Shown here in pieces: positions 1 through 12,894 of a stretch of 64,000 nucleotides of DNA (the first letter of the stretch is position 1; every line of letters begins with the position of its first letter). The translations under genes and the position numbers were made by a program. Source of the DNA: Macrostomum hystrix (Eukaryota > Animalia > Platyhelminthes); the NCBI GenBank assembly GCA_950097015.1, contig CATNEN010000003.1, positions 15,562,001-15,626,000 of the forward strand, given 5' to 3'. The notes beneath the pieces were generated by a model. The model worked only from the letters and a program-made list of their open reading frames with translations, searched no databases and had not been told where the DNA came from.

Positions 1-1636
1 ATTTGTTCTTGTTAAATTTGTTATTCCCACTCGTTATTCATTACTGAAATTACTTGCAGTTTTGTTTCTGAAAAGATAATATGGAGGACAATCAGCCATG
101 TTGAAATCAAGTTGAACTCAGAAATCAAACTCAGTTGAAATTGCCATTTTATACCCCACATCAATTTGAGCCATAGAATACTGCGTGGCACTTTCACTTT
201 TTGCCACATCAGTTAAGTGAATTTAAATTGCTGCAACAATCATATTTTGTGCCCACAAATTCAAATCTGCTGTCAAAATAATTTAAAGAAACAAAACAAC
301 ACATGCTAAAAATGTTAAAAAGCCAAATTATAAAGCTGATATAACTTCATATATATGCTTTTCATAATTGCAGAGATTGAAGTCTGAAAAGAAAGAAGTA
401 TATGAAATACCAGATAAAATTTTATTATCAGCTAGCACAACAGAAACAGTTAGCCTTGCAGCTCTATATAGGAAAAGTGACTTTCATTAACCTAGTTAAA
501 ATTTAACTCACATTTTATACTTTTTTGTGTAAAAAGGCCTTTAATTTGAAAGATCATATTGTTTCTTTCTGAAAATTACTGTTGGGAATGGGGTTTTGAC
601 TAAATTAAGTGTATTCACATTCATGCAATAAGGGCCATCTACACTTAGCTAGTGCCTTTTCTACATTTTATATTGGCCTAGCTACCTTTTATTTGTTATT
701 CCTTGGTCCATAACAGCAAAAGTAACACAATATTTATAGTTATTAAGTATCAGTAGGTCGCAGGTTGTATTGTTTGTCTTTATTGTTTAGTAAGCCAAAT
801 ACTCTATATGAGATAGGGTTTCCGATTGTTTTATTTTTCCTAGAAATTGCTCCCGCGAAATTAAATATGTTTTGTTTTAATGCACCATTTGTTTATCTGC
901 ACCAAAAATATAATAGTTATACTGAAGTCGCGGAGGTGAAGAGAATTTTAGTATAAATACACCCGAAGCAAAGAGAGAAAAACCAACTCTTACCACCTCG
1001 GTTGGGAAAAGAGTTCACAGTAAAGAAAGCTTGAATCTGAAGTGTTCATATTAAAGTTATTTGAGAAAGAGACATTGCAAAAGAGAAGTAAATAGAGTGA
1101 AGGCAAGCTGTAACTCTAGATCCACTGGTAAAGCCCAAAAGACGGACTGAAGATTAAATTGAAGGTTAACTGAATAATAAATGAAAAGTGATTAAGACAG
1201 ATAAAGACGGATAAAGACTGATAAAGACTGATAAAGACGGATAAAGATTGATACAAAGTACTTATAGAAATAATACAGTAAAGTTGTAAGTAGAAGGGAA
1301 TATAGAGGATAGATACCGGCCATATTGAAAGTATAACGCTACCATATTGAATACACAAACGCTTCCAATTTGAATTGCAATAAGAAAGTGCATAAAGCGA
1401 ATAAAGTAAAGACATTTATAAGATTAACATAACGACAATATTTGAATAAAGTATATAAGGAAAGAGGCAGGCCTAGAACAACTTTGGGAACAGCAGTTGG
1501 ATCGTTAATTTCCACCAGCAACAACTTTGGTGACATTCAGTGGAATCTTAAATATTATAAAATAGCCCTACAACTACTTTGGTGGCAGCAGTAGGATTAA
1601 ATTAGCCCTACAACATATTTATAGAACAATTCTCCA

Positions 1637-1859
1637 GGAACTGGCCATGGAATTTTATAGTCAAGCAATTGAAATCATTTATTTGACTGGAACTCTATAA
1701 ATGTTCTGTTTCTGCTTTTATTCTTTCTGCAAGTAAGAACTCAACTCAATCTTTCTATTCTGGCTGATTCTTCCATATAGCATGACAAATCAAGTTGTCT
1801 ATTGCTAACTTTCTCTTGTGAATCCAAATGCTTGGCCATAGAATTCCATGGCCCATTCC
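1637..1859. mobile_element. Small degenerate inverted-repeat element
   Basis: ~40-bp imperfect arms ggaactggccatggaatt...gaaatca and tgaatcc...aattccatggcccattcc. Confidence 0.45.
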
Positions 1860-2090
1860 ATTCTGCAGATCTACAGTTCCACATGGCACAACAAAAGCAA
1901 TACTTTATTTATTCAATAAAAGTGAAATATATTTATTGAAAGAGATTTATTAAAATGTAGATACTTTGCTTAAAACGTTAACAAATAGATTCTCAAAACT
2001 AATTAAATTGTAAACGTGAAAATTTATATATTTCACAAAATTTAGCTTAAACAACAACATTTTCATTGACTGACATACTTCATTTTTTAG

Positions 2091-2304
2091 GAATGATGAT
2101 AGCTCGTCAATGACTGGTTCTGCAGCAACCACAACACTTCTAGTGCAACCAAAGCATGCCAGAATTCCACATATACCAGCTGACAGTGAATTGTCATTCT
2201 CCATATTTATGCTGTTCTTTAGCACTAGCTGCATGGCTCTGCAGTACATACACCTGTACAAAACCACTTGGTGGCTGCCTAATTCTCATCACCAATATGC
2301 TATT
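2091..2304 (+). CDS. TMEM39: TMEM39 family membrane protein, coding exon (5'-most exon seen; true start may be upstream)
   Basis: ttttag acceptor at 2089-2090 and GTGAGT donor at 2305. Peptide KHARIPHIP...LQYIHLYKTTWWLP resembles TMEM39A RHCQIPELP...IQYINIYKTVWWYP. Confidence 0.85.
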
Positions 2305-2469
2305 GTGAGTAGTATAGTTCGCCTTAAAATTATTTCTTAGATGACGAGGCATATAATTATAGATTTAAATGTGTAGCTACTCCTGCCGTTTACTTTGGTT
2401 TTTTTCTAATCAATGGTTCTTATGATTCACTCCAATATAAGACCATCCACTCCGCATTCATTGAATTAG

Positions 2470-2702
2470 AATTTCCGCCTAATCGACTACAAACTGGTGG
2501 GCTATTTGCTATCCGTGCTGTGCCTGCCCCTCCTGTTGACGCTGTTTCGCCAGCTGCGCGGCATACAGAATCGGTACTGTTTCACAGCCTGTTTGGCACT
2601 GCTGTGCGCTGTCACATGCTGCTGGTGCGCATTCTTCTGCTGGATGAGCTACTTTGTTTACTGCAGAACCTCCCTGCTCTACTGCATCTTGCTAGTTTAT
2701 CC
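2470..2702 (+). CDS. TMEM39: TMEM39 coding exon
   Basis: AG at 2468-2469; phase-0 join gives YAI|NFRLIDY (TMEM39A LNFHLIDY); hydrophobic TM segments; GTGAGT donor at 2703 (phase 2). Confidence 0.85.
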
Positions 2703-2766
2703 GTGAGTTCAACTAGAAATCTACTCATTTTATTATTGATACAGATTAGATAAAATTATAAATTAG

Positions 2767-3442
2767 CAGTGGCGCAACCAGGGGGGGGCGGGGGTGGCGG
2801 CCGCCCCCCCCGATTCGGCCCGCAGGGCAATGTACGCAAAGGGCAAGCCAAGACGCTTCTTAATTTATTACCTTATCTCATTCCCTGTCCCCCAAGTCCA
2901 ACGTACATAGACCAAAGAGCAAGTCCAAGACCATTGGTCATATATTAATTTTCAAGCTTTCATTATAATCGTGCGTGCGTTCTGATTTTTTAAACCTTTT
3001 AAATCGTCTGGGCCCTACCCTACCGGCCCTTGAAATTGGCCCAGGAATGATGGGCGAAAACCGCGAAACAGAGCGCGCTCCACCTGGCGGCCGACCCCCT
3101 TCGACCCGCGGGTCAATGTACGCAACAGGGCAATGTACGCAAAGGGCAATGTGCGCAAAGGGCAATGTACGCAAAGGGCAATGTACGCAAAGGGCAATGT
3201 ACGCAACAGGGCAATGTACGCAAAGGGCAAGGTACGCAAAGGGCAATGTGCGCAAAGGGCAATGTACACAAAGGGCAATGTACGCAACAGGGCAATGTGC
3301 GCAAAGGGCAATGTACGCAAAGGGCAATGTACGCAAAGGGCAATGTACGCAAAGGGCAATGTACGCAAAGGGCAATGTACGCAAAGGGCAATGTACGCAA
3401 AGACCGCCCCCCCCCCTAAGGCAAAACCTGGTTGCGCCACTG
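2767..3442. mobile_element. hAT-type MITE with internal 16-bp minisatellite
   Basis: Perfect 16-bp TIR CAGTGGCGCAACCAGG...CCTGGTTGCGCCACTG; 8-bp TSD TAAATTAG (2759-2766, 3443-3450); (GGGCAATGTACGCAAA)n inside. Confidence 0.9.
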
Positions 3443-3850
3443 TAAATTAGAAACTTAAAAGATAAGCACAAACCTAGTTACCAAGGCTAGGCTATCGGCT
3501 AATTGGCGCTGTAGATTAGGTCACTAAAACAGTTTTCCAGCATTGCAAAAAAATGAAACAGAATAGAGTTTTTAGTTTAAACTGGGATATTTTTTGCAAC
3601 GGGAACTTGTAGGAATCTCTAATTTTAACAAAGAAATATAAAATTTCGATGGGGAACTTTTAAAAATGTCTCATTACAAAATCCCAAGGACATGGACGCA
3701 TAACGTAACGGGGAGTTTAAGAAAAGAAAATAGGCAGAAATAAGCCAATGGAAAACTTTTCAGATGTAGCCTGAATAATGGGATTTTTTGTCAGCTTAAT
3801 CAATTATAATTGCAAACTTGTAACCTCTAAGACATTCTGCAATCTCAGGT

Positions 3851-4252
3851 AATAATATAATAATAATAATTGACACCAGACCCAAGGGCCAGTGCAGGTG
3901 TTGTGTGTCAAGTACACTAGCAGGTGGGGACTGCACACCTAATGTACTCCCCGGCTCTCTCGTACACCGGTTGACAGTCGCGTGTCAGCCATGGAATTTA
4001 TTTTTTCCAAACATATCGGCAGCATCCAAATCCCACAGAATTGCCGCACAGAACTGCTTTATTCCACGCCAGCCGGAATTATTATTACCGAAAGAAATGT
4101 CGGTACTCATTTGCAGCTGAGTAGACTGTGTGCACATCAGGGCAAAGCAGCTTGCCAAAGGCTGCACGAATAGTTATAGACTAGGTCGGGAGTCGAACCC
4201 AGGACCATCTGATCCAGAGTCCGACACCTTACTTTCTAAACTATCCGCCCTA
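3851..4252 (-). mobile_element. tRNA-derived CORE-like SINE with 10-bp TSD
   Basis: Minus-strand tRNA-like head with B-box GGTTCGACTCC, CORE-like CAGTCTACTCAGCTGCAAATGAGTACC and (ATT)n tail; TSD AATCTCAGGT at 3841-3850 and 4253-4262. Confidence 0.85.
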
Positions 4253-4260
4253 AATCTCAG

Positions 4261-4600
4261 GTGCATAACCTACTCCCTGGTATTCTATGGCCACATCCCG
4301 GGCGCACTGTTAAGCCGCAGCTTCTTCGTTGGAGGCGGTCAAAATTCGCAGAGGCAGAGCGGCGGCAATTCAACGTCGGGTTCGTCAGCAGTGCTGGGTA
4401 GTCCAGCCATGACGGCTGGCGGTTCCTCGGCTAGTTCTAGCTCAGCCAGTCCTCGGCACAGCTGTTGTCGAGACCCAGAAAAGATCAGAGACGAAACCGA
4501 ATCTTTGAAATCTGATTTCAACGCTCGATTGAAAGTGATTTTATTCTCCACTCTGTTCAGCTCATTCCATGCAGCTTTTGTGCCACTGCTGTTTGTTCAG
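4261..4600 (+). CDS. TMEM39: TMEM39 coding exon
   Basis: Phase-2 acceptor at 4259-4260; HSCCRDPEKIRDETESLKSDFNARLKVILF matches TMEM39 HSC...[27 protein letters not shown] donor at 4601. Confidence 0.9.
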
Positions 4601-4781
4601 GTGAGTTAATGATATTTATAACAAACCTAGGTAGCCTTTTTCCTAATTAGTGCTTAGGTTTTCAGGGCCGTTTTGCATCTGCAACAGCTTTTTGTTATAA
4701 TTGTTGTGTATCCGGTAAATTATCCTCTATTAATCCGACATTTTAATCTAGAGTTCTGTTACCAGTTTGTGAAAATATCTG

Positions 4782-5985
4782 TTGAGTTTCAGTAATCTGT
4801 GTCAGATCAGTTTCAGTAATATGTGTCAGTTGAGTTTCAGTAATCTGTGTCAGTTCAGTTCCAGTAATCTGTGTCAGATCAGTTTCAGTAATCTGTGTCA
4901 GTTCAGTTTCAGTAATATGTGTCAGTTGAGTTTCAGTAATCTGTGTCAGATCAGTGCAGTAATATGTGTCAGTTCAGTTTCAGTAATCTGTGTCAGTTCA
5001 GTTCCAGTAATCTGTGTCAGTTCAGTTCCAGTAATCTGTGTCAGTTCAGTTTCAGTAATCTGTGCCAGATTAGTTTCAGTAATCTGTGTCAGTTCAGTTC
5101 CAGTAATCTGTGTCAGTTCAATTTCAGTAATCTGTGTCAGATCAGTTTCAGTAATCTGTGTCAGTTCAGTTCCAGTAATCTGTGTCAGTTCAGTTCCAGT
5201 AATATGTGTCAGTTCAGTTCCAGTAATCTGTGTCAGTTCAGTTCCAGTAATCTGTGTCAGTTCAGTTCCAGTAATCTGTGTCAGTTCAGTTCCAGTAATC
5301 TGTGTCAGTTCAGTTCAGTTTCAGTTATATGTGTCAGTTCAGTTCCAGTAATATGTGTCAGTTCAGTTTCAGTTATCTGTGTCAGTTCAGTTTCAGTAAT
5401 CTGTGTCAGTTCAGTTTCAGTAATCTGTGTCAGTTCAGTTTCAGTAATCTGTATCAGTTTAGTTTCAGTAATCTGTGTCCGTTCAGTTTCAGTAATCTGT
5501 GGTCAGTTCAATTTCAGTAATCTGTGTCAGTTCAGTTTACTTACTTACTTGTTACAGATTACTGAACAGTTCAGTTTCATTAATCTGTGTCAGTAATTTG
5601 TATCTCAGTAATTTGTGTTTCAGTAATCTGTATCTGTACACAATCAATTCCTGTAATATGTGTCAGTTCAGTTTCAGTAATATGTGTCAGTTCAGTTTCA
5701 GTAATCTGTGTCAGATCAGTTCCAGTAATCTGTGTCAGATCAGTTTCAGTAATCTGTGTCAGTTCAGTTCCAGTAATCTGTGTCAGTTCAGTTTCAGTAA
5801 TCTGTGTCAGTTCAGTTTCAGTAATCTGTGTCAGATCAGTTCCAGTAATCTGTGTCAGTTCAGTTCCAGTTATCTGTGTCAGTTCAGTTTCAGTAATCTG
5901 TGTCAGTTCAGTTCCAGTAATCTGTGTCAGTTCAGTTTCAGTAATCTGTGTCAGTTCAGTTTCAGTAATCTGTGTCAGATCAGTA
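4782..5985. repeat. Intronic 24-bp minisatellite (TCAGTTCAGTTTCAGTAATCTGTG)
   Basis: Tandem array in TMEM39 intron. Confidence 0.95.
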
Positions 5986-6879
5986 TTTAAATTAATGAAA
6001 GCCCTGGTTGCTATGGTTTCTATGGTGCAATGGTTACTATTGTTTTTTAAACAACTAAATAGAATAATATTTCTTCAAATGTGTTCATTGTTTCAATTTT
6101 AATGCTTACTACTTACTTCGCAAGATTTAAATTAAGTAGTATAGATTAAAGACATGTCCGTTAAGTGTTGTGACAGTTATGTTTACGGTCGAATTAGTAA
6201 GAAAATGAGTAAGATAACTATTATTTTGAATGTTTATGCTGCAATTATTTTTGTAACTGTTAATCCTAGATTGAGACAGCCAACTGTGACACTGACTGTT
6301 GGGTAAGTTTGTCGGAATACGAAAGCAAAATCTATCATTCTTTTAATAATAATCGCCACAAAAAATTCTTCTAATTTCCAAGAAATTTACCAAATTTGAT
6401 AACACTCCAGATTTATAAAAGAATGTAAACATTGTGTACACAATCAATTGCTTGATCTTATTAAAATCGTCCTGCCAAATATTAGCAAAACTCAACATTC
6501 ACAAAAAATTCATTTCTAAAAGTTTATTCTGTATTCCCAATATGTTTTTTTATTTTACTCATCAAAATAGTTTGTCTTCATGTTTTTAATTTTCTTTAGC
6601 TGCAATTCTCTTCTAGCTGTCACAAAAGCCGTCTTATTTCTATCGCAATGCTTGATTATTTAAATTGTTTTGCTAACTTTTACACAAACTCAAATTATTG
6701 TACACATTTTATTAGACATGCTTATTATTGCTGTTTGTAAGCCGAAAATGCGAAATTTTTAGATAACTTAATCTGCAGCGCCTATAATCCTTGCTAAACT
6801 AGCTTTGCGCTAATCTTTTAGTTTCTTTAAAGTAAAATTTCTTTTCACCAAAGTGGACTGTCTCAATTGCCTCCACTGT

Positions 6880-7660
6880 CCAGTGGAGGGTGGGGTGGCT
6901 GTCCAGCTAGGACAGTGGAGGGTCGGTGACTGTCTAGCTAGATCAGTGGAGGGTCGGTGACTGTCTAGCTAGATCAGTGGAGGATCGGTGGCTGTCTAGC
7001 TAGATCAGTGTAGGGTGAGTGGCTGTCTAGCTAGGACAGTGGAGGGTCGGTGACTGTCTAGCTAGATCAGTGGAGGGTCGGTGACTGTCTAGCTAGATCA
7101 GTGGAGGGTCGGTGGCTGTCTAGCTAGGACAGTGGTGGGTGGGGTGGCTGTCTAGCTAGGACAGTGGTGGGTGGGGTGGCTGTCTAGCTAGATCAGTGGA
7201 GGGTCGGTGGCTGTCTAGCTAGATCAGTGGAGGGTGGGGTGGCTGTCCAGCTAGGACAGTGGAGGGTGGGTGGATGTCTAGCTAGATCAGTGGAGGGTCG
7301 GTGACTGTCTAGCTAGATCAGTGGAGGGTGGGGTGGCTGTCTAGCTATATCAGTGTAGGGTGAGTGGCTGTCCAGCTAGGACAGTGGAGGGTGGGTGGAT
7401 GTCTAGCTAGATCAGTGGAGGGTCGGTGACTGTCTAGCTAGATCAGTGGAGGGTGGGGTGGCTGTCTAGCTATATCAGTGTAGGGTGAGTGGCTGTCCAG
7501 CTAGGACAGTGGAGGGTGGGTGGATGTCTAGCTAGATCAGTGGAGGGTCGGTGACTGTCTAGCTAGATCAGTGGAGGGTGGGGTGGCTGTCTAGCTATAT
7601 CAGTGTAGGGTGAGTGGCTGTCTAGCTAGGACAGTGGATGGTGGGGTAGTTGTCTAGTTG
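6880..7660. repeat. Intronic 31-bp minisatellite (CAGTGGAGGGTCGGTGACTGTCTAGCTAGAT)
   Basis: Tandem array. Confidence 0.95.
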
Positions 7661-7864
7661 TATTAATTCTGAGCTATAAAAACATATATTTGCAATTTTT
7701 AGTCACACTTTTAATTAAAACAAGTTTTAATAAAATGAATTTTTAGAAAAATTTTATCTACATACTGCTGGCAGCAGAGTTTAAAGTACAAAGATTTTGT
7801 AATTGAAGTTGATAGCGTAAATATTTTTTTCAAACATATTTTTGTAAAAAAAACCAAACAACAG

Positions 7865-8068
7865 AACACGATCTACCTGGAGCCCTGGTTCTGCGGAGTC
7901 CACGTGGCTGTCACTGTTGCGTCAGCGTTTCTATTCTACACCCAGCATCATCTGCCGCCGCATCGTATTGACACACTGCATCGCTGCGCCCTTCATCTCG
8001 GCTGCTGGGTCAGGGTTGAAGGTCGCGGCAGTGCCCAGGTGCCCTACATACCCTGGTCCGAGCTGCAG
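7865..8068 (+). CDS. TMEM39: TMEM39 coding exon
   Basis: LPPHRIDTLHRCALHLGCW...PWSE matches TMEM39 LLP...DLLHKSAAHLGKW...WSE; AG at 7863-7864, GT at 8069, phases consistent. Confidence 0.88.
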
Positions 8069-8138
8069 GTTAGTTCCTTTAACTAGATTTCTAATCATTT
8101 TGCCAGCTGGTTGCTATGGTAACATTTACAGCTTTATA

Positions 8139-8642
8139 AATAGTAATAGCAATATAATTATTGATTTCACCTGAACTAATCAGGCCAGATGTGCAGTCGA
8201 CAGAACAGACGCAGTATTGTGTGTAGCCGAATGAATAGCAGGTTTGCAGAGAAAAGCAGTTATAGATTGTGATTGCTCAGAATCCGTTTATTTATAGATG
8301 CACAGTAACCAATCGCGACAAGTTCTAGAAAGTTCAGAAAGTTTCCACAAAACACGAACATAAATAAATTCTAGTTGAAATTTAGCACTGCACTACTAAT
8401 AGCGGCAGTACAAGGAAAAACACTCCGCGAATCAATTTCAATCAATACAGAAAACGGTGTATCTGAAAAATGCGTACTGCTGTTCAGTCCATGGGCTGGG
8501 GGGACGCCACAGCCTTCCTTATTGCCCCAGCTAATTGTGGTCTTGCTAAAGGACACGAATTGTTCCAGCAGAGTTGGAATTCGAACCCCCGACCTTCAAG
8601 TCGTGAGTCCGATGCTCTAACCCCAAGGCCACAACCTCCTCT
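8139..8642 (-). mobile_element. tRNA-derived SINE (same family as 38635) with nested insertion
   Basis: Head with A-box and B-box GGTTCGAATTC; CTTTAGCAAGAC core; TSD AGCTTTATA (8130-8138, 8643-8651); 8213-8449 is absent from the 38.6 kb copy. Confidence 0.75.
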
Positions 8643-8745
8643 AGCTTTATACTTCCAAACGAGAATTTGGAGGTTCGAACCCCTGCCTTAGGTAAAAATT
8701 AGGTGATCTCACCAGATCCCCACTCGCTGATCCGTAATTCCGCAG

Positions 8746-9078
8746 GTGTGGCAGCAGGGAGCGCTGGTGAAGCACGTGAAGGGCCTATTTCGAGCCGAGG
8801 GCGTCACGAACAGTGCGGAGCCCGGCAATTCAATGCACTCCAGATTTCACAGCCTGTTCTATAGTCCAATGCGATTAGCCGATGGCTTGCAGTGCGCAAT
8901 TGCGCTACTGTTAGTAGTACAGTTTGTGGTGCTGCTGCAGTGTCACGAATGGTACAAGGTGCTATCCTCGGCCATTATGATGCTGTTCAATCTGGTGTCG
9001 CTGTACAAACTGACACGAAATCGGCTGGTGTTCAAGCGCTGCTACGCGGGTCAGGAAGATGAAAACCACACTGAATAA
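8746..9078 (+). CDS. TMEM39: TMEM39 terminal coding exon
   Basis: VWQQGALVKH...NSAEPGNSMHSRFHSLFYSPMRL matches TMEM39 IWPQGVLVRH...[23 protein letters not shown]; ends at TAA 9078. Confidence 0.9.
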   Translation: MWQQGALVKHVKGLFRAEGVTNSAEPGNSMHSRFHSLFYSPMRLADGLQCAIALLLVVQFVVLLQCHEWYKVLSSAIMMLFNLVSLYKLTRNRLVFKRCYAGQEDENHTE

Positions 9079-9209
9079 ACCTAAAACTGTTTAATTTCAT
9101 CTTAGTATCTTAAGTCTTGAATGGATATAAAGACATTCTTACAACTATACAGTCTATATTTATTAAGTCGTAATGGCAGATGCCCAGAAAAAACTTGATA
9201 ACATAATAA

Positions 9210-9660
9210 AATTACAGACTGATTTACAGAATCTCAGAATCTTTGCATTATTACAGAATTACAGCTTGATTGACAAACCTACATCCAGATTGACATAACT
9301 ATAGGCCGATTGACAGAATTACAGAGTAAGAAATACAGCCATATTGACATAACTACAGCCTGATTGACAGAATTACAGCCTGATTGACAGAATTACAGCC
9401 TGATTGACAGAATTACAGCCTGATTGACAGAACTACAGCCTGATTGACAGAATTACAGGCCGATTAGCAGAATTTCAGAAAGGTTGACAGAATTACAGAC
9501 TTGGTGTATGGGATTGACAGAGGTTACAGCCATATTAATTGAATTATAGACAGATTGACAGAATTACAGTCCAATAGACAGAAATACGGCCCAATTGACA
9601 GTAATACAGCCAGATTGACAGAACTACAGACAGGTTGACAGAATTACAGACAGATAATCA
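9210..9660. repeat. Degenerate 20-bp minisatellite (TGATTGACAGAATTACAGCC)
   Basis: Tandem array with a perfect core at 9360-9460. Confidence 0.85.
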
Positions 9661-10162
9661 GAAAATCGCATGCCGATTTGCAGACGCTAAACATCAGATT
9701 GCCGTAGAAGTGACATCAGAAGTACAGACAAGTATATTTTATTCACTTAAGATAATTACTGTTTTTGTTTTTAATGAACGTATAATTTAGGTTGCAATAT
9801 GTTTTGGTTATATAGTTAGATCTCTTGCGATTCAGATCTTTGTCTATTGTATGTTAACGTTAGTTTGCTCTATACTAAATACTTGCTGTCATATCTTATC
9901 ATTTTGACGGGGCATTATACCCCGTCTAGATGTACCCATCTTTGCTTTCTGCGTTGCTTTTCTTTTTCTTCTTTAAAAATGCTAGACTAAATTTACATTT
10001 TAGATTCTGGCTTCTTGTGTTTGATTGTAAAAATACATGTCGCTATATGACTGACTCTATCATAACATGTTCGTGTTTAACTGTGAGTAAACGTACTCAA
10101 CTGACTTCATTTGGAAATTAAAAGGCGATTTTGCATTTCCGTCTTTAATTAAGAACAAGCTT

Positions 10163-10853
10163 ATGGGATGTGACTCGTGAGAGTGCTTGGTGTATGGGAT
10201 GTGAGAGTGCTTGGTCTATGGGATGTGAGAGTGCTTGGTCTATGGGATGTGAGAGTGCTTGGTCTATGGGATGTGAGAGTGCTTGGTCTATGGGATGTGA
10301 GAGTGCTTGGTCTATGGGATGTGAGATTGCTTGGTCTATGGGATGTGAGAGTGCTTGGTCTATGGGATGTGAGAGTGCTTGGTCTATGGGATGTGAGAGT
10401 GCTTGGTCTATGGGATGTGAGATTGCTTGGTCTATGGGATGTGAGAGTGCTTGGTCTATGGGATGTGAGGGTGCTTGGTCTATGGGATGTGAGGGTGCTT
10501 GGTCTATGGGATGTGAGAGTGCTTGGTCTATGGGATGTGAGGGTGCTTGGTCTATGGGATGTGAGGGTGCTTGGTGTATGGGATGTGAGAGTGCTTGGTC
10601 TATGGGATGTGAGAGTGCTTGGTCTATGGGATGTGAGAGTGCTTGGTCTATGGGATGTGAGGGTGCTTGGTCTATGGGATGTGAGAGTGCTTGGTCTATG
10701 GGATGTGAGAGTGCTTGGTCTATGGGATGTGAGGGTGCTTGGTCTATGGGATGTGAGGGTGCTTGGTCTATGGGATGTGAGAGTGCTTGGTCTATGGGAT
10801 GTGAGAGTGCTTGGTCTATGGGATGTGAGAGTGCTTGGTCTATGGGATGTGAG
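10163..10853. repeat. 24-bp minisatellite (TATGGGATGTGAGAGTGCTTGGTC)
   Basis: Tandem array. Confidence 0.95.
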
Positions 10854-11549
10854 CTTTAAGGGCCGAACAAATGAAGCGAAAGAAGTCAATTAATAAAATA
10901 GATTTTATTGTCGCAGGATACACCTGGGCAAGGAGCAAACAAAGCTTGTATTTGCCATTTTACGTAAGTTATAATAACCTGGTAGTTTATAAAATTAAAT
11001 AACAGGTTTAAAAGTTACAAAAGTATACATAGTAACTATTATTAGCCCACTGTCAAATTACAAGAACATAGATAAAAAACTTGTAGAGGTTTAGAATTGC
11101 AGTTTTTTAGTTTTTGCTTGTCATATTAACGTTATTGGTTTGGGCAGAAATTTTACATTCGCGTGGCACTACTGACAGCAAGTAGGCGCCTACGAAAAAT
11201 GACGGAAAACACGCATATTAAGTAAACAAGATACAAACGTGCTCAACCGAGAACGCATTCTATGCAATTGTAATTATGAATAAAACACACCCGGAAGTTG
11301 AAGGCATATGAGCACTTATTTCTGAGTAGAGATATAACTCTGCTATGTACAAGTGCTAATTTGTGTAGGACTCAAAAAACCATGAACTTAGGAGAAAAAA
11401 TGGAACACAGACAGTTAAAATGATAGGAAATGGCAAAGATGTGAATGAGAAGGAAATACATAACAGAAATTTAACCTGTGAAAGTTTTAACCAACAAAAA
11501 TATATATATCAATACCCAAGTAACCGATGTAGGACCACAAGCGAGACAT

Positions 11550-12632
11550 GTAGTGCTAAGGAAGAGATGTAGGGCTAAGGGACAGATGTAGGGCTAAGGG
11601 ACAGATGTAGGGCTAAGGGACAGATGTAGGGCTAAGGGAGAGATGTAGGGCTAAGGGACAGATGTAGGGCTAAGGCTAAGGAAGAGATGTAGGGCTAAGG
11701 GACAGATGTAGGGCTAACTAAGGGAGAGATGTAGGGCTAAGGGACAGATGTAGGGCTAAGGGACAGATGTAGGGCTAAGGGACAGATGTAGGGCTAAGGG
11801 ACAGATGTAGGGCTAAGGGAGAGATGTAGGGCTAAGGGACAGATGTAGGGCTAAGGCTAAGGAAGAGATGTAGGGCTAAGGGACAGATTTAGGGCTAACT
11901 AAGGGAGAGATGTAGGGCTAAGGGACAGATGTAGGGCTAAGGGACAGATGTAGGGCTAAGGGAGAGATGTAGGGCTAAGGGAGAGATGTAGGGCTAAGGG
12001 ACAGATGTAGGGCTAAGGGACAGATGTAGGGCTAAGGGACAGATGTAGGGCTAAGGGAGAGATGTAGGGCTAAGGGAGAGATGCAGGGCTAAGGGACAGA
12101 TGTAGGGCTAAGGGACAGATGTAGGGCTAAGGGACAGATGTAGGGCTAGCTAAGGGAGAGATGTAGGGCTAAGAGACAGATGTAGGGCTAAGGGAGAGAT
12201 GTAGGGCTAAGGGACAGATGTAGGGCTAAGGGAGAGATGTAGGGCTAAGGGGCAGATGTAGGGCTAAGGGACAGATGTTAGGGCTAAGGGACAGATGTAG
12301 GGCTAAGGGACAGATGTAGGGCTAAGGGAGAGATGTAGGGCTAAGGGACAGATGTAGGGCTAAGGGACAGATGTAGGGCTAAGGGAGAGATGTAGGGCTA
12401 AGGGACAGATGTAGGGCTAAGGGACAGATGTAGGGCTAAGGGACAGATGTAGGGCTAAGGGACAGACGTAGGGCTAAGGGACAGATGTAGGGCTAAGGGA
12501 CAGATGTAGGGCTAAGGGAGAGATGTAGGGCTAAGGGACAGATGTAGGGCTAAGGGACAGATGTAGGGCTAAGGGACAGATGTAGGGCTAAGGGACAGAC
12601 GTAGGGCTAAGGGACAGATGTAGGGCTAAGGG
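11550..12632. repeat. 19-bp minisatellite (GATGTAGGGCTAAGGGACA)
   Basis: Tandem array. Confidence 0.95.
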
Positions 12633-12894
12633 GTAGATTGCAAGTTACAGCAAGTCGAATAAGGTAATAAAACATGAAAAGCTAAAAACAGCGCAGTCTT
12701 ACACTGTATCTCATACTAGAAAAGAGAATAGATAATTGCGACACGAAGGAATTCAGTTAGTGTCGTTGAGTTTCCAATGTCTGATCTTTTCATTCGATTA
12801 TTTATTACACAATAATTAAAAAACCGGAAATCTACCCGATATGTAAGCCAAAATAAAGCAATCACAATAATCATGACGAATGTTTATTTAACAA

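Noticed and set aside
915-1115. Possible gypsy-type solo LTR (AGTTA...TAACT with TATAAATA)
   Set aside because: No TSD and no second copy in the window, so not supportable.
4180-4250. tRNA gene (Gln-like head); similar at ~8570-8640
   Set aside because: Degenerate stems attached to a CORE-like body, (ATT)n tail and TSD: SINE heads, not tRNA genes.
10161-10893. 230-240 aa repeat ORFs on both strands
   Set aside because: Product of a 24-bp tandem repeat.
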